A stretch of DNA of 64,000 bases from Octopus sinensis (Eukaryota). The position numbers and the translations under genes are program-made. The notes under the pieces are model-generated. The model did no database searches, was not told the DNA's origin, and saw only the letters and a list, made by a program, of their open reading frames with translations. Below, in pieces: positions 51,151-63,390 of the stretch. Every line of letters begins with the position of its first letter. Within the stretch, counting starts at the first letter, position 1. The stretch covers positions 5,332,001 through 5,396,000 of the forward strand of contig NC_043003.1 in NCBI RefSeq assembly GCF_006345805.1, written 5' to 3'.

Positions 51151-51890
51151 ATTCATTCGTTGCTTCCCAGGTAGATATATGTGTTTGTATTTCTGTTTGT
51201 CGCTGCCTGTGTGGGATGTGTCTACGCATTTGGGAATGTATATCTTTACAAACGATATACTTCCAAATGCCAGAATACATTGCTAATGCTGTCGTATTCT
51301 TTTCTGTACCACTGTACGGCATAAACTTTAGAATTTCCTGTAATGCTTCTATTTCTCAGATTTCATCTTAGAAAAAACATATAAAAAAAATTTTTTAAAC
51401 TCCAACCGAACCAGAAGCTTCCAAAGAGAATATAAAATAGAATTTGAAAGTTTTAACATAAATTTATCTGAGATTTGAGAATATTCATAAGCTTCTTTAA
51501 ATGCTAAATGAGGAATGAGAATAGCAAATAAGTATCTTGGGAGAGAGCATCTATAATTAAGTATCAGCGTCTTCTTTACAAGAACATGAACTAAAATAGC
51601 CTGTTAATACCTTGCATATATACATTAATCCCAAAGGAATTAACTGAACCTGTCTCTGTACTTCAGTCACTAGGTATGCCATGCATAGGGACATACATAC
51701 ATACACACACGCGCTCATACATACGTACACACACACACACACATATATATATGTATATGTACATATATGTGTGTATATATACATAAGTAAGTATATATAT
51801 TAATGTTTGTATATACTTTTGTATATATATGGGTGTTCGTGTGCGTGCGTTGTGTATATGGGCGTGAATGCGTGTATATATATATGTATA

Positions 51891-51945
<55 letters not shown>

Positions 51946-52887
51946 ATGTATATGTATATGCGTGCCTGCGTCCGGGCAAGCGTGTATGTATGTGTGTGTG
52001 TAAATGAATAAAAAGTTTGTTGAATTTTCTTCCATCAACTTCGCAATGTCAAGTTTCATCGCCATCTTTTCAATTTATATTTTAAAAATATTTATCAAAT
52101 TTTTATCTCCAACACTCACTCACTCACTTACTTACACTCACTCTCTCTCTCTCTCTCTCTCTCCACTATCTCTCTTTCGCACGCTAATACCCTCTCACAC
52201 ACACACACATGTGTATATCTGCGTGTGTATGTATATGAGTGTATATATACATACACACACACACAAACACACACACATATATATATATATACATATATAT
52301 ATATACCCATACAGGTACATATGTGTCTATAGGTGTATCAACATTCGACATTTAGTTATTTCTGTTGTCGTTAAGAATACATATTGACAATATTCTCTCG
52401 TCAAATTGTTATTTTTTATGTTTGTTTTATATTTACTGTAATTCAGTGTCTATATATTATTATATTATTTCATTATGGATAAAAATAATAATAAAATTAT
52501 ATTATTTTCCTTCGTTATTTTTTCAAAATGTCTCTGCTAATCTTACAAATAATAATTGTGTTTTAGTAGTTTCTGCTCACAAACAAAAACAAAAATATAC
52601 ATCAAGGAGACATTTGATTTTTTTAAAAATATCTATATAAAAACAAAATAAAATTTACCATTAATTCATATGTTAAGTACTCCGAAATAGATTGTTCCAA
52701 TATATATATCAAAAGACAATTTTAAATAGAAAATACAAGTGTAGCTAAATATTAAATTGATCAGAAAATAAATATTTGAATTAAGTTATTTCAGAATGAA
52801 CGGAATTGATTGCGAATGATCTGGCCGCAGAGGTGTGACGAAATACTTTCCTAATTTATAATACATTTTTGGCATTGAATCAGAAGT

Positions 52888-53205
52888 TATATAAATATAT
52901 ATATAAATGTGTTTATGTATATGTATATATATATGTGTGTGTGTGTGTGTGTTTATGTATGTGTGTATATATATATATATGTGTGTGTGTGTTTATGTAT
53001 GTGTGTATATATATATGTATATATATATGTGTGTGTGTGTGTGTGTATATACATATATATATATGTGTGTGTGTGTATATATATATATACATGTATGTGT
53101 ATACATATATATATATGTGTATACATATATATATACACACACATATATACACATATATATATATATGTATACACACACGTGTGCGTGTGTGTGTGTGTAT
53201 GTATA
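52888..53205. repeat. (TA)/(TG) compound microsatellite
   Basis: Directly visible. Confidence 0.95.
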
Positions 53206-53249
53206 CCATAGATTTGCATCTGGGGAAGTTTGTGCAATCTGCTGATGAC

Positions 53250-53780
53250 ATGCACTGCCTACTCCGGTAGTAAGGACCACACACGAGTCACAGTTTACAT
53301 AGTGCGCTTTCCTTCGTTGGCAAGCTTCGGTAGTTTGCGTAGTACTCGTCAGCGGTGGTGCCCCAGCATGGCCGCGGCCTTCGTGCTAAAACATTTTTAA
53401 GGATTTAAGGGTGGGCGATCATTTGCGACTTTATCCCAACTGAGAACGTCCAGATCTATTGATTTTATATCCCTCTTGCTGAGGTCCTTCAAACGAAGAT
53501 GAGTCCCTCCTCATGCTCTTGTGCTGGTGGTTAGTTCCTCACTCATAAGTCTTTTAGGATTCTCCCGTCCTGCATGCGATATATGTGAGCGAGCCAAGGC
53601 AGACTGCACTGTTGGAGTACGGCGAAAATACCGGTCGTTTTCGCATGGCTTAGGACTTTGGTGTTGGTGACCCAGATCCTCCAGTGCTGTCACCATAAGG
53701 AGCGAATCCTATCCAGGTCCTGTTGAAAAAGGAGGAGAGTTGTGCAGGGGGCTAGCAATCCCATCCACAAAAAACAACGA
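53250..53780 (+). mobile_element. Retroposon remnants: family-B-type 3' tail (53352-53410) and RTE-like 5'UTR motif (53730-53780)
   Basis: ggtggtgccccagcatggccgcgg..taaggatttaagg; ggagagttgtgcagggggctagcaatcccatccacaaaaaac resembles an RTE 5'UTR motif as recalled. Confidence 0.45.
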
Positions 53781-54377
53781 GCATAAACCAAGGTATTCTT
53801 GATGGACGTAGAAGTGAATGTATGCTATTACAGAATCGACATATGATGGATGTTGATGAAAATCGAAAGGAAGTCTGGGATTTGAAGAAAGGTGAAAACT
53901 CACCATATTTGCAACATGGTGAATTGTGAAAAAATAAAAGAACACACTAAAGCTTATTGTTGGACACATATATATATATGGAATGAAATATTTACATAGT
54001 CGACCGGTCTGAAGTTTGTGATAATGCTACAATTACATGCTGGCAAAAGAAGTTTCCATCTCACGGTAGTAAGGAGAGGGATGTGTATGATAGATATTGG
54101 TTGGACATTATTAAAACACGCTAGCATGAATTTCTCCACGCTTAAAAAAACTCAGGTTTGTATTGACAGCATCACTAAAATTTTGATTGTTATTGTTCCA
54201 AACTAAACCTAATAGGCAAGTATGGAAATATGAAAACATTAATGAAAAATATTAATTTGGAACATAATCCTTTTAATACATACATACATACATACATACA
54301 CAGACACACACATACATATACACACACACATAAATACATACATACACAGACACACACACACAGACACACATATACAT

Positions 54378-54715
54378 ACAGACCTTATTTAATGATCTGG
54401 GATAGAGAAGAGAAACTGTGCACAGTTGTGAAAATCAGCTGCCTTGCGGATGTTAACATAAAGCTGAAGATCAGTGAAAAAGAGAACACTCTTGTTGAAC
54501 TATTCAGAAATCTGCAGTTACTCTATCAGATTACAAGTTCCGGTTTATACCTGTAATTATTGGGGCCCTGGGATATGTAATGCATTGCCTAAATACCAAT
54601 CTTGAGTAATTAGGCTTCTCAAAACCAGAAAAGAGGAAGATAATTTAAAGACTACAGATCCAATCCATCGCTGGAACTGTAAAACTTGCCAGGTGTTTGT
54701 AATTTATATATATGT
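54378..54715 (+). mobile_element. RLE-type LINE endonuclease fragment
   Basis: RPYLMIWDREEKLCTVVKISCLADVNIKLKISEKEN..LFRNLQLLY..FIPVIIGALG. Confidence 0.82.
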
Positions 54716-55234
54716 AAGCATGTCTAGATATGCAACTATATGCATGAGAATACATGCATTAAACAAAATATTTAAATCTACACATATGCATGCATGCATG
54801 CATGCATGCATACATACATACATACATACATACAAAAATACACTTTTGTTGATGTTGAAATTGCGACGAAGGAAATTTGGATCTAGGCTAGAAACCGGCT
54901 CTTTCTCTATTGGCAAGAAATCTGTTTTGACGGTCGTCATTTGACCACTCCATCGAACGGCCTTTGCTTGAGCAATAAAGCGGTTTCAATCCACACACCA
55001 ACGAAAACTAACAATCTTTTGCATTATTCCCAAAGGAGACCGTCAGAGATCTCTACTGTTGACTTCAACTGTTCCCCTCCATTAACATGACCTGAGAATA
55101 AAATGGTTGGAAACCATGAAAGTGTTGAATGACGAAATGTTTACTAATTAGTTTACTAATTTTAGTTATTGGAGTGCGGTCATACTGGAGCACTACATGG
55201 AGTGTAGACAATTTAGGCAAATATAATGACAATT

Positions 55235-55697
55235 ATCTTTTATCTCTTGCTTGTTTCAATCACTGGATTGCGGCCATACTAGGGCACCGTCTTGACTATG
55301 TGTTTTTTTAGCCATTTGAATGAACTCGGCTCCTTTATTTACAGCCTTGTACTAATTGTATAGGTATCTTTTAGCGAACAGTGACGTTACGGAGACGTAA
55401 ACAAATCACCACCACTTGTTAGAAATAGGGGTGACAGTCACAAAGACACACACACATACACACGAACACACACACATACACACGAACACCCACACACATA
55501 TGTGTGTGTGTGTTTGTATGTATATAAGACATATATATATATATATATATATATATACAACGGACTTCTACAGTCTACGTCAACCAAATCCGGCTCTGGT
55601 CGGATTGGAGCTATAGTAGAAGACACTCGCAATGTGACTGAATCCGGGGTCATGCGGTTGGGAAGCAAACAGCTTACCAAAGAGCCACAACTGCCAC
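55235..55697 (-). mobile_element. SINE family B, degenerate full length
   Basis: Tail, internal CA/TA tract and head are all recognisable. Confidence 0.75.
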
Positions 55698-55885
55698 TAA
55701 GATGCCATAGTCAAATAAAGGTGGTGAAATGGAAGAGAATGGCGGGGGTGGGTCAAGAATCGAACTGACGCACATTAGTCTACACACATCACAAAGTGTC
55801 TGACCCCACTTTATGAAAAAAATCTAGTCAATGTTATTATCTATCCCTTAGAAATAGCAGTTTCCAGTTCATATCCATTTCAGAG

Positions 55886-55886
<1 letters not shown>

Positions 55887-55951
<65 letters not shown>

Positions 55952-56230
55952 ATGTATATATGTATGTATGTGTATATATGTGTGTGTGTATATATGTGTG
56001 TGTGTGTGTATATATGTGTGTGTCTGTATATATGTGTGTGTGTATATATGTGTGTGTATATATATATGTGTGTGTGTATATATATGTGTGTATATATGTG
56101 TGTGTGTATATGTGTGTGTGTATATGTGTGTGTGTATATGTGTGTGCGTGTATATGTGTGTGTGTATATGTGTGTGTGTGTAAAAGTGTGTGTATATGTG
56201 TGTGTGTGTATATATGTGTGTGTGTGTGTG
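55887..56230. repeat. (CT)/(TA)/(TG) compound microsatellite
   Basis: Directly visible. Confidence 0.95.
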
Positions 56231-57040
56231 GGGGGGAAATAAAAAAGCTTTAGACAGTGGAATTGAAGCAGATTTCATCTCGGTTCTATTCCAGCTTTCG
56301 GTTGCAGGACTGCGCCCATGCTGAAGCACCGTCTTTATTTACATTCATTTTATTGTTGGATGGAAGTTAGCCAATGACTGGGTTTGCAGCATCTGTTCTT
56401 TCCTCACTGAATTCTTGAATATTTGGTTGGTCCGGTATCGTCCAGAGTTTATCCAATTTTGTCTCAGTGTGAGTTCTTTAATATTTCTGATTTTTTTTTA
56501 GAAACTCAGTTGAACAACTGAAGAATTCTGAATATCAGACTAGTACAATAGATTGGTTTTTGCTCGTGATTTCGAGGGCAGTGTATTTGGAAGCTGTTAG
56601 TATCTAGCAGAGTCGGAGAAATTGCAATAATTTTAAAGGAAAAAACACCGTATTGAAAGCTAAACGACGAAGGCGTATAAAATATAAAAGCTGTATATAA
56701 ACGACGTAACTGTATATAAGTTAAATGAGGATCACTAAGTGCAGAGGGGAAAAATTAAGTACAGTTGAATCAATGGTGTGGGCGAAGAGAAAAGTTAAAT
56801 AAGATCAAACGAAATACCAAGCTCATTAGATAAAAATCAATAGTTCGTTTTTAAACAATCGATCTTTATCTGTCAACAAATACAATATATTAATCCAGGT
56901 TAATATTCTCAGCACGTTTCTATTAAACAGTCAAGAAATAAACAAGCAGATTATTGTTTGGAATAATATTTCAAATTTCTCTCTGTTATACTTATAAATT
57001 TATTATATATTAAATATTTAATATATTAGACATCTATCTA

Positions 57041-57041
<1 letters not shown>

Positions 57042-57086
<45 letters not shown>

Positions 57087-57560
57087 TACTTTTAATCTGA
57101 ATGTTTGTTACAATCAATCAGTTCCCGAGACACACGTAATACAACACAGACATTTAAATTGATAGGGCTTTTCTAAAGATTTAGGCAGTACTTGTCAGCA
57201 CAATCGTTTGGATTTCTCTGAGACATGGTTCTCCTGGGATATCATCTAGATATTTCTGACATCCCTTTCTTATCATACCTATGGCATCCACAATAAGAAG
57301 AACAGTTTTCGCTTTAAGATGCCACATCTTTTGTATTTCAATTTCTAGGCCCATATATTTACTCTTACTTTGCCAAATTCCTCTACAAATATATTTTTTT
57401 ATCAGTGGGGGACACTTACATCTATTAGTCTATAAGTGTTTTCTTCCCTGTCTGGACGATTAGCCTGCATCGTTCTGTCGGTGTTGACTGGAAAATGCCA
57501 GAGGATAGTCATATGTTTACTTGCAACGACTGGATCTGGATGATGTTCATGCCAGTAAGC
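57042..57560 (-). mobile_element. R4/Dong-like LINE 3' end with (TAA)n tail
   Basis: Minus strand LWHFPVNTDRTMQANRPD..LIDVSVP..KYMGLEIEIQKMWHLK..IQTIVLTSTA*IFRKALSI*; (TTA)n at 57042-57085. Confidence 0.85.
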
Positions 57561-57969
57561 AGGAGTGCTGATTTTGTAGTCTTTACATACTCATATAGAG
57601 TATGTAAAGACTGTCGTAAATGCTGTCCTACTCTATCAGGGCGATTTTCGTATTCGTTTAATTGTCAGGAAAGGAATCCCGAGACGAGAGGGTCTATTGT
57701 TTCATCAAATGTATCGAACAATCTGCATTTAGCGTTAGAACCGTTTTGAAGAATGTCAGCCGGGTAGTTTTTTGTGAGCAAGCTTTCATCTAATATGTGC
57801 CGTGAATATGAAACCTTCAAACTCTGCTTATTTTCATTATTATTATTGTTGTTATTATTATTATTGTTTGTAGTTTTTGCACAAGCCCACGAATGTTAGG
57901 AGATATCTCCATCTACATATGTGCGTGGAGTGTGTGTACGTATATATATATGTGTGTGTGTGTGTGTAT

Positions 57970-58171
57970 GTTTGTGTGTCTGTGTTTGTCCCCCCAACAT
58001 CGCTTGACAACCGATGCTGGTGTGTTCACGTCCACGTAACTTAGCAGTTCGGTTAAAGAGACCGATAGAATAAGTACTAGGCTTACAAAGAATAAGTCCC
58101 GGGTCGATTTGCTCGACTAAAGGCAGTGCTCCAGCATGGCCATAGTCAAATGACTGAAACAAGTAAAAGAG
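57970..58171 (+). mobile_element. SINE family B 3' half
   Basis: tgtttgtccccccaacatcgcttgacaaccgatgctgg...tgactgaaacaagtaaaaga. Confidence 0.9.
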
Positions 58172-58202
58172 TACACACACACACACACATTATATATGTA
58201 AG

Positions 58203-58468
58203 TGAAAGGTCGCGACGCGTTAATCCTTCAGCAAGTCACTTTATTGTTGACGTTGCTCCAGTCCACTCAGCTGGCAAAAATAAGTAGTACTTGTATTTCG
58301 AAGGGTGAGCCTTTTCACACTGTGCCACGCTCAATGTCCATGAGAACTACGTTATGGGTACACGTGTCTGTAGACTGCTCAGCCACTTGCACGTTAATTT
58401 CACAAGCAGGCTGTTCCGTTGATCGTAACAGCTGGGTCCTGCTTTGTTGTAACCGACGGAATGCTGAC
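58203..58468 (+). mobile_element. SINE family D, head deleted
   Basis: Matches the reverse complement of 47950-48210. Confidence 0.8.
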
Positions 58469-58474
58469 TATATA

Positions 58475-58870
58475 TCTTTATATATAAAAGTGAAGTTGTA
58501 TGTCTGTCTCCTACGATTTAGATTCCTAACTACTCCCACATTTTGCGGTGCAGTTTAACCAAAAGCGGGTATCTTATAGTCGTGATTCATATCGAACCAT
58601 TCTGGATATTAGCGCGCGTCTACGATGAGTCTACGATTTTAAAAATAATTTACCATCGTGTTTTTCCATTTTAATGCATTTTTTGCTATTATATAAGGGA
58701 AGTAACTCTCTAAAAATGTGTACGATGAGTCAACGATTTAAAATAAATTTACCATAATTTTTTTTCCATTTTTAATGCATTTTTTCGCTATTTTTTGGCT
58801 ATAACTCTCTAAAAATGCTTATATAGTTATTTTCCTTACAAACCCGAGCAACGCCGGGCGACACTGCTAG
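58475..58870 (+). mobile_element. Non-autonomous Helitron
   Basis: A|TC 5' end (tctttatatataaaag), subterminal GC hairpin cccgagcaacgccggg at 58843-58858, CTAG|T 3' end, no TSD; internal ~100 bp tandem duplication. Confidence 0.92.
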
Positions 58871-59423
58871 TATATATGTATATATCAATTCCGAGGTTGT
58901 TGACCACTAAGACGTACAAATTACACTGTTTTCTTGAGCTTTTTTAGTTGATCCTGTTACAGAAATGCACATTGTCTTTCATTTCTTGTTGTTTTTGTAA
59001 AGGGGAGAAGGCGTCTTCAACAATGTATTTTTTCATCGGAATAAAATTATTTCATCAAATGATTATCATATAAGGTATTCACTTTAGAGAAATGAATTGT
59101 CATCTGTTAAACAATAAAGACTAAATATTTTATTGTTTTTTTTTTAATATGGACTGTGATAGATAACGTGAGGTAATAAGGAATAGAATGAGAAGGCCTG
59201 GAAATCGATGAAAGAAGAGGGGACGAATGACTTACAAGATGGGAAAAGCAACAGAAAAGAGATCTGCATTCAGCAACATCGTTACAAATAATCGGACAAC
59301 TTTAGATCTATAATTCTTCATAACTGTGTCTGCTGTTGTGTCTGTATAGCGTTCTTGATTTCTCATCTCTCCAAAGATTATCACATTTTTTTAATAAAAC
59401 AATCACTTGACCTTGTATGTTAG

Positions 59424-59632
59424 AAGCAATAGCGGCACATCCTCACCACCATTACCATCATCCGCAACAGCAGCAGCAGCCATTCAGGAATTTGGACCTG
59501 GAGATCTCCATTTCCAGCGACTTCGAGGGCCACCTCCCAGTGGTGTCGGGCGTCAACGAAGAGCCCTCGACTACAACAAGACGACCAAAGTTTTTTTCCC
59601 AAGGTCTGGGGTCTCCCACCCCTAAGCCCTAG
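59424..59632 (+). CDS. Candidate host terminal coding exon, product unknown
   Basis: GC-richer non-repeat island after a plausible acceptor (cttgaccttgtatgttag). Frame 1: AIAAHPHHHYHHPQQQQQPFRNLDLEISISSDFEGHLP..KP*. A second frame is also open to 59625. No domain recognised. Confidence 0.4.
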
Positions 59633-60626
59633 GCCATCACCCTTATCTGTCTTGTTTCTTAACAACAACAGCAGCAGCAAAAGCAGTTTTTGTTTTGTTT
59701 TTTTTTTTTTGCATCTGTGTATGCCTGTCTGTCCGTGTGACTTGTGTTTTTTCATGTCTGAACAACTGCTGTTTGTGTGAATGTATATTTGTTGAACACG
59801 TGTGTCACCAGAGTGCAGCACAATATATAACAAGGTAGTTACACGTATATAATTATATAGAGAACGTGCGTTTGTACTTGTGTGTACACATTTTATACCT
59901 GTTAACGTGTTTTGATGTTGGATTTCCGTTATCCCCCCTTTACGACTGCTGTATATTAATCGTTCGATAATAGTAACTCGATGATTGAATTATCACACTG
60001 AAATAATATGTCCGATAAATAGACTACAACACCCTAAAAATTTTGCTCCAGCATGGCCCCTAAGCCAATAACTGAGGCCAGCAACGGCAAGTAAAATCAA
60101 AAATGTCATGTTTACAGTTGAACAGTGAGCGAGGAAAAGATAGTTCAGAGCCAAATTACTTATCGATCCTAGAGATTGATCTCTTGTATTTACTATTTTC
60201 ATTTGTGTTTCGTTTTTCTTTTATATATTTATTATTTTGTTTTCTTTGTATTTATGTTGCTGTTGTTTTTATTTTCTCTGTTAAATTTTATTATTTTTTA
60301 ATTGAATTAATTCGGTTCGTAATAATGGAACTTGTAGGGAAATGATTTATATCTGTTTGGTGAAACAAGAGAAGGGAAAGAGATGTTAGAAATAACAGGA
60401 AGTGTGTGTGTGTGTGTGTGCGTGTATGTGTGTGTGTGAGAGAGAGAGAGGGTTCAATATTTCTGTTAGTTTACAATGAGATAGGCAAAATTGAAATGTT
60501 TATATGTATATTAACTCAAGTCTATTATATCCCGTACTTAGCATGAAACCAATGGTAGCCTGGTTAAAGGATAGCCACCAATGCGGTGTTGGGCACACAT
60601 TTTCCCTGCTCAATATGAGTGTGTAA

Positions 60627-60856
60627 GGTGGCCAGCTGGCAGAAACGTTAGCACGCCGGGCGAAATGCGTAGCCGTATTTCGTCTGACGTGATGTTATGA
60701 GTTCAAATTCCGCCGAGGTCGACTTTGCCTTTCATCCTTTCGGGGTCGATTAAATAAGTACCAGTTACGTACTGGGTCGATATAATCGACTTAATCCGTT
60801 TGTCTGTCCTTGTTTGTCCTCGATGTTTAGCCACCTGTGGGCAATAGCGAGATAAA
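60627..60856 (+). mobile_element. SINE family A monomer
   Basis: gctggcagaaacgttagcacgccgggcgaaatgc..gaggtcgactttgcctttcatcctttcggggtcga. Confidence 0.92.
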
Positions 60857-60886
60857 TATGACTGTATATGTGTGTGTGTGTCTGTG

Positions 60887-61163
60887 AGCGCATGACCTGG
60901 TGGTTAGGGTGTGGCACTCACGATCGAGATTTCAGTTCCTTGACTGGGTGATGCTGCATGGTGTTCTTGAGCAAAATACTTCATCTCACGTTGCTCTACG
61001 ATTACTTCGACACGAGACGCGTGGCACACCGTGCACTTGTTGAGACAACGCCGATTTGATGGAGAGAGTGAGATAATGAGCGGCAAGCACATTCGATCAC
61101 TCTAAACCAAACATTCGTGCAAGTCGTTCAACAAATATTGAACGTTCATACGTCGTCTTCGAG
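60887..61163 (+). mobile_element. tRNA-headed SINE family C
   Basis: tggtggttagggtgtggcactcacgatcg head and gtgttcttgagcaaaatacttc; paralog at 32700-32955. Confidence 0.75.
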
Positions 61164-61198
61164 AATATATATATGTATATATATACATATATATATAT

Positions 61199-62025
61199 GG
61201 GAGGGCTCACACAAAATTTTCAAGAGCAATATGCAACCGAAAGCACTGAAAAGATATTAACTGGCGCAAGAATATATTCCTTAACAACGGAACCAAAAGT
61301 GGAAAAATGCGGGTGGCCTAACTGTTGCACATGCCTCCATTTTTTGGAGAGTACAGAATTTCACTTTGATCAAGGTGAAATATTTAAGATCCAGTCAAAT
61401 TTTACTTGTGTTATAGGCCAACCTCGAATGTCCCTCAAACGAAGAACAACACTTCACAAAGAACAAATCTGCTTCTCACAATATAGACAGATACAGGTCA
61501 CTGAGAACATAAATAGATGTGCTAGGAACCTGAAACCAAACTTCCTAATTTTCCCTTTTTAACAATGTTCCCAGAACACCTCAGTGCAGGAAATATCAAA
61601 TAAAGAGGCAACTTTCATTAATAAATATCAACCACTACTTCACATGAAAATACAACTTAATACAGGACAAACTTTCTAATACCAATTATCCCACTAATCC
61701 TCATACATCCTATATACCATTCATATTTCATTGATCATATCTACATTAATTGTATCACTTTCAGAACTACTTATCTCACTTGCATGCAAGCTTTTCACTC
61801 AAGCACTATTAGACCCAACACCGTTTGGAAATCGGTGTTGATTCAAAGTCAGTGATCAGCTATGATGAAACCGGTATGACTTTCTATAATGACTCATAAT
61901 AATGATTTTTATACTTCTTAATTCCACCTCAAATCATTTATTTGTATGTATATATCTTCGTGTTTTTATAAAAATAGTCCTTATTTATATACCAAGTGTG
62001 AATTATATTTCTTTTTACTCCCCCC
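61199..62025 (+). mobile_element. Penelope-like element 3' end: GIY-YIG endonuclease remnant plus pLTR
   Basis: KCGWPNCCTC..FKIQSNFTC..IGQ..SLKRRTTLHKEQI..KEATFINKYQPLL, followed by an AT-rich pLTR with a decayed hammerhead; both ends in (TA)n. Confidence 0.85.
61848..61880 (+). ncRNA. Decayed minimal hammerhead
   Basis: gtca-GTGATCA(2 core changes)-gctatgat-GAAA-ccgg-TA-tgac; stem I and palindromic stem III intact. Confidence 0.5.
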
Positions 62026-62217
62026 CATATATATATATATATATAGTATGTGTGTGTGTGTGTGTATGTGTGTGTGGTTGCGGGCATGGCAAAACTAGAA
62101 TCACCTTCTTTAGCTGTACGCTCTCAATTTTTCATAACGCTAAAATATGTATATCTGAATTTATTTGCTATTTCCTTCATTAAGTCTTCTGTAATAATTT
62201 TTTGTTGTATAATTCTT

Positions 62218-62325
62218 GCGGTGAGGAGAACGGTGATATATAATTAGTTTAATTTAATAAAATTAATTTTAATTATTCTACCATGTATTTACATGTTAAT
62301 ATGGCTATTTGAAACGATCGTTTGC
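62218..62325 (+). ncRNA. Decayed long-stem-II hammerhead in a pLTR-like unit
   Basis: gcg-GTGAGGA-gaacggtgatat..(AT-rich)..atatggctattt-GAAA-cgatcg-TT-tgc. Confidence 0.45.
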
Positions 62326-62915
62326 CTGTATCAAAATTCTTTTAAATTTTAACATCTCCATTTTTAACAAATTTGAGTTTCTATGGGATACCTTTCCATA
62401 AATTCTCATCACACACCATACATACATATATGTGTGTGTGTGTGTGTGTGTATAAAAAATATGTGTCCTTATGTGTATATAAACACTGGAGTGTTAACCG
62501 TTACTTGCCACGAGACAGGTAACCTTATACTCCTTTCGTTACCCTGGGTAATATCGATAAATATGGGATTTGTAAAATGATTAAAATTTAACTTTTATCA
62601 AATTTTTGGCTACTTATATAAAATGATGAAATGAATATTAATTTTCAAAATTAAATGAAACAGATGTCTTGATTGTATGATTGTATGACTGCATTAAATA
62701 CGTTGTCTTTTACTCTCTCTTTCTCTCCCTCTTCCTTTTCTCCCCTCCTTTCTTTTCGTCTCCTCCTTCTCCTGCCCCTCACACCTCCGACATCGAACCA
62801 AGTATGTGCAATCATGCTACTCCTCTTGTATCAAATATGTACTTCTCTTTTACACTCCTTTCCTCTTCTGCTTATATTATCAAAACCTGACTGGAAGAAT
62901 CAACCAAACAACCAA

Positions 62916-62919
<4 letters not shown>

Positions 62920-62969
<50 letters not shown>

Positions 62970-63306
62970 GTATACACACATATATATATATATATACACA
63001 CATATATATATATACACACATAATATATATATATACACACACATATATATATATGTATGCACATATATATATATACACACATATATATATGTATGTATAC
63101 ACATATATATGTATACCCATATATATATACATATATATATATATATACACACACACACATATATATATATATACACACATATATATATATACACACACAC
63201 ACACATATATATATATACATACACACATATATATATATACACACACCTATATATATATATACACACACATATATATACACACATATATATATATATACAC
63301 ACACAT

Positions 63307-63363
<57 letters not shown>

Positions 63364-63390
63364 CGTACGTATGTATATATGTGTGCGTGT
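62920..63390. repeat. (TA)/(CA) compound microsatellite
   Basis: Directly visible. Confidence 0.95.

Noticed and set aside
59420-59833. 137 aa minus-strand ORF overlapping the candidate exon
   Set aside because: It runs through poly-A and CTG/TTG low-complexity tracts; likely the antisense shadow of the plus-strand island.
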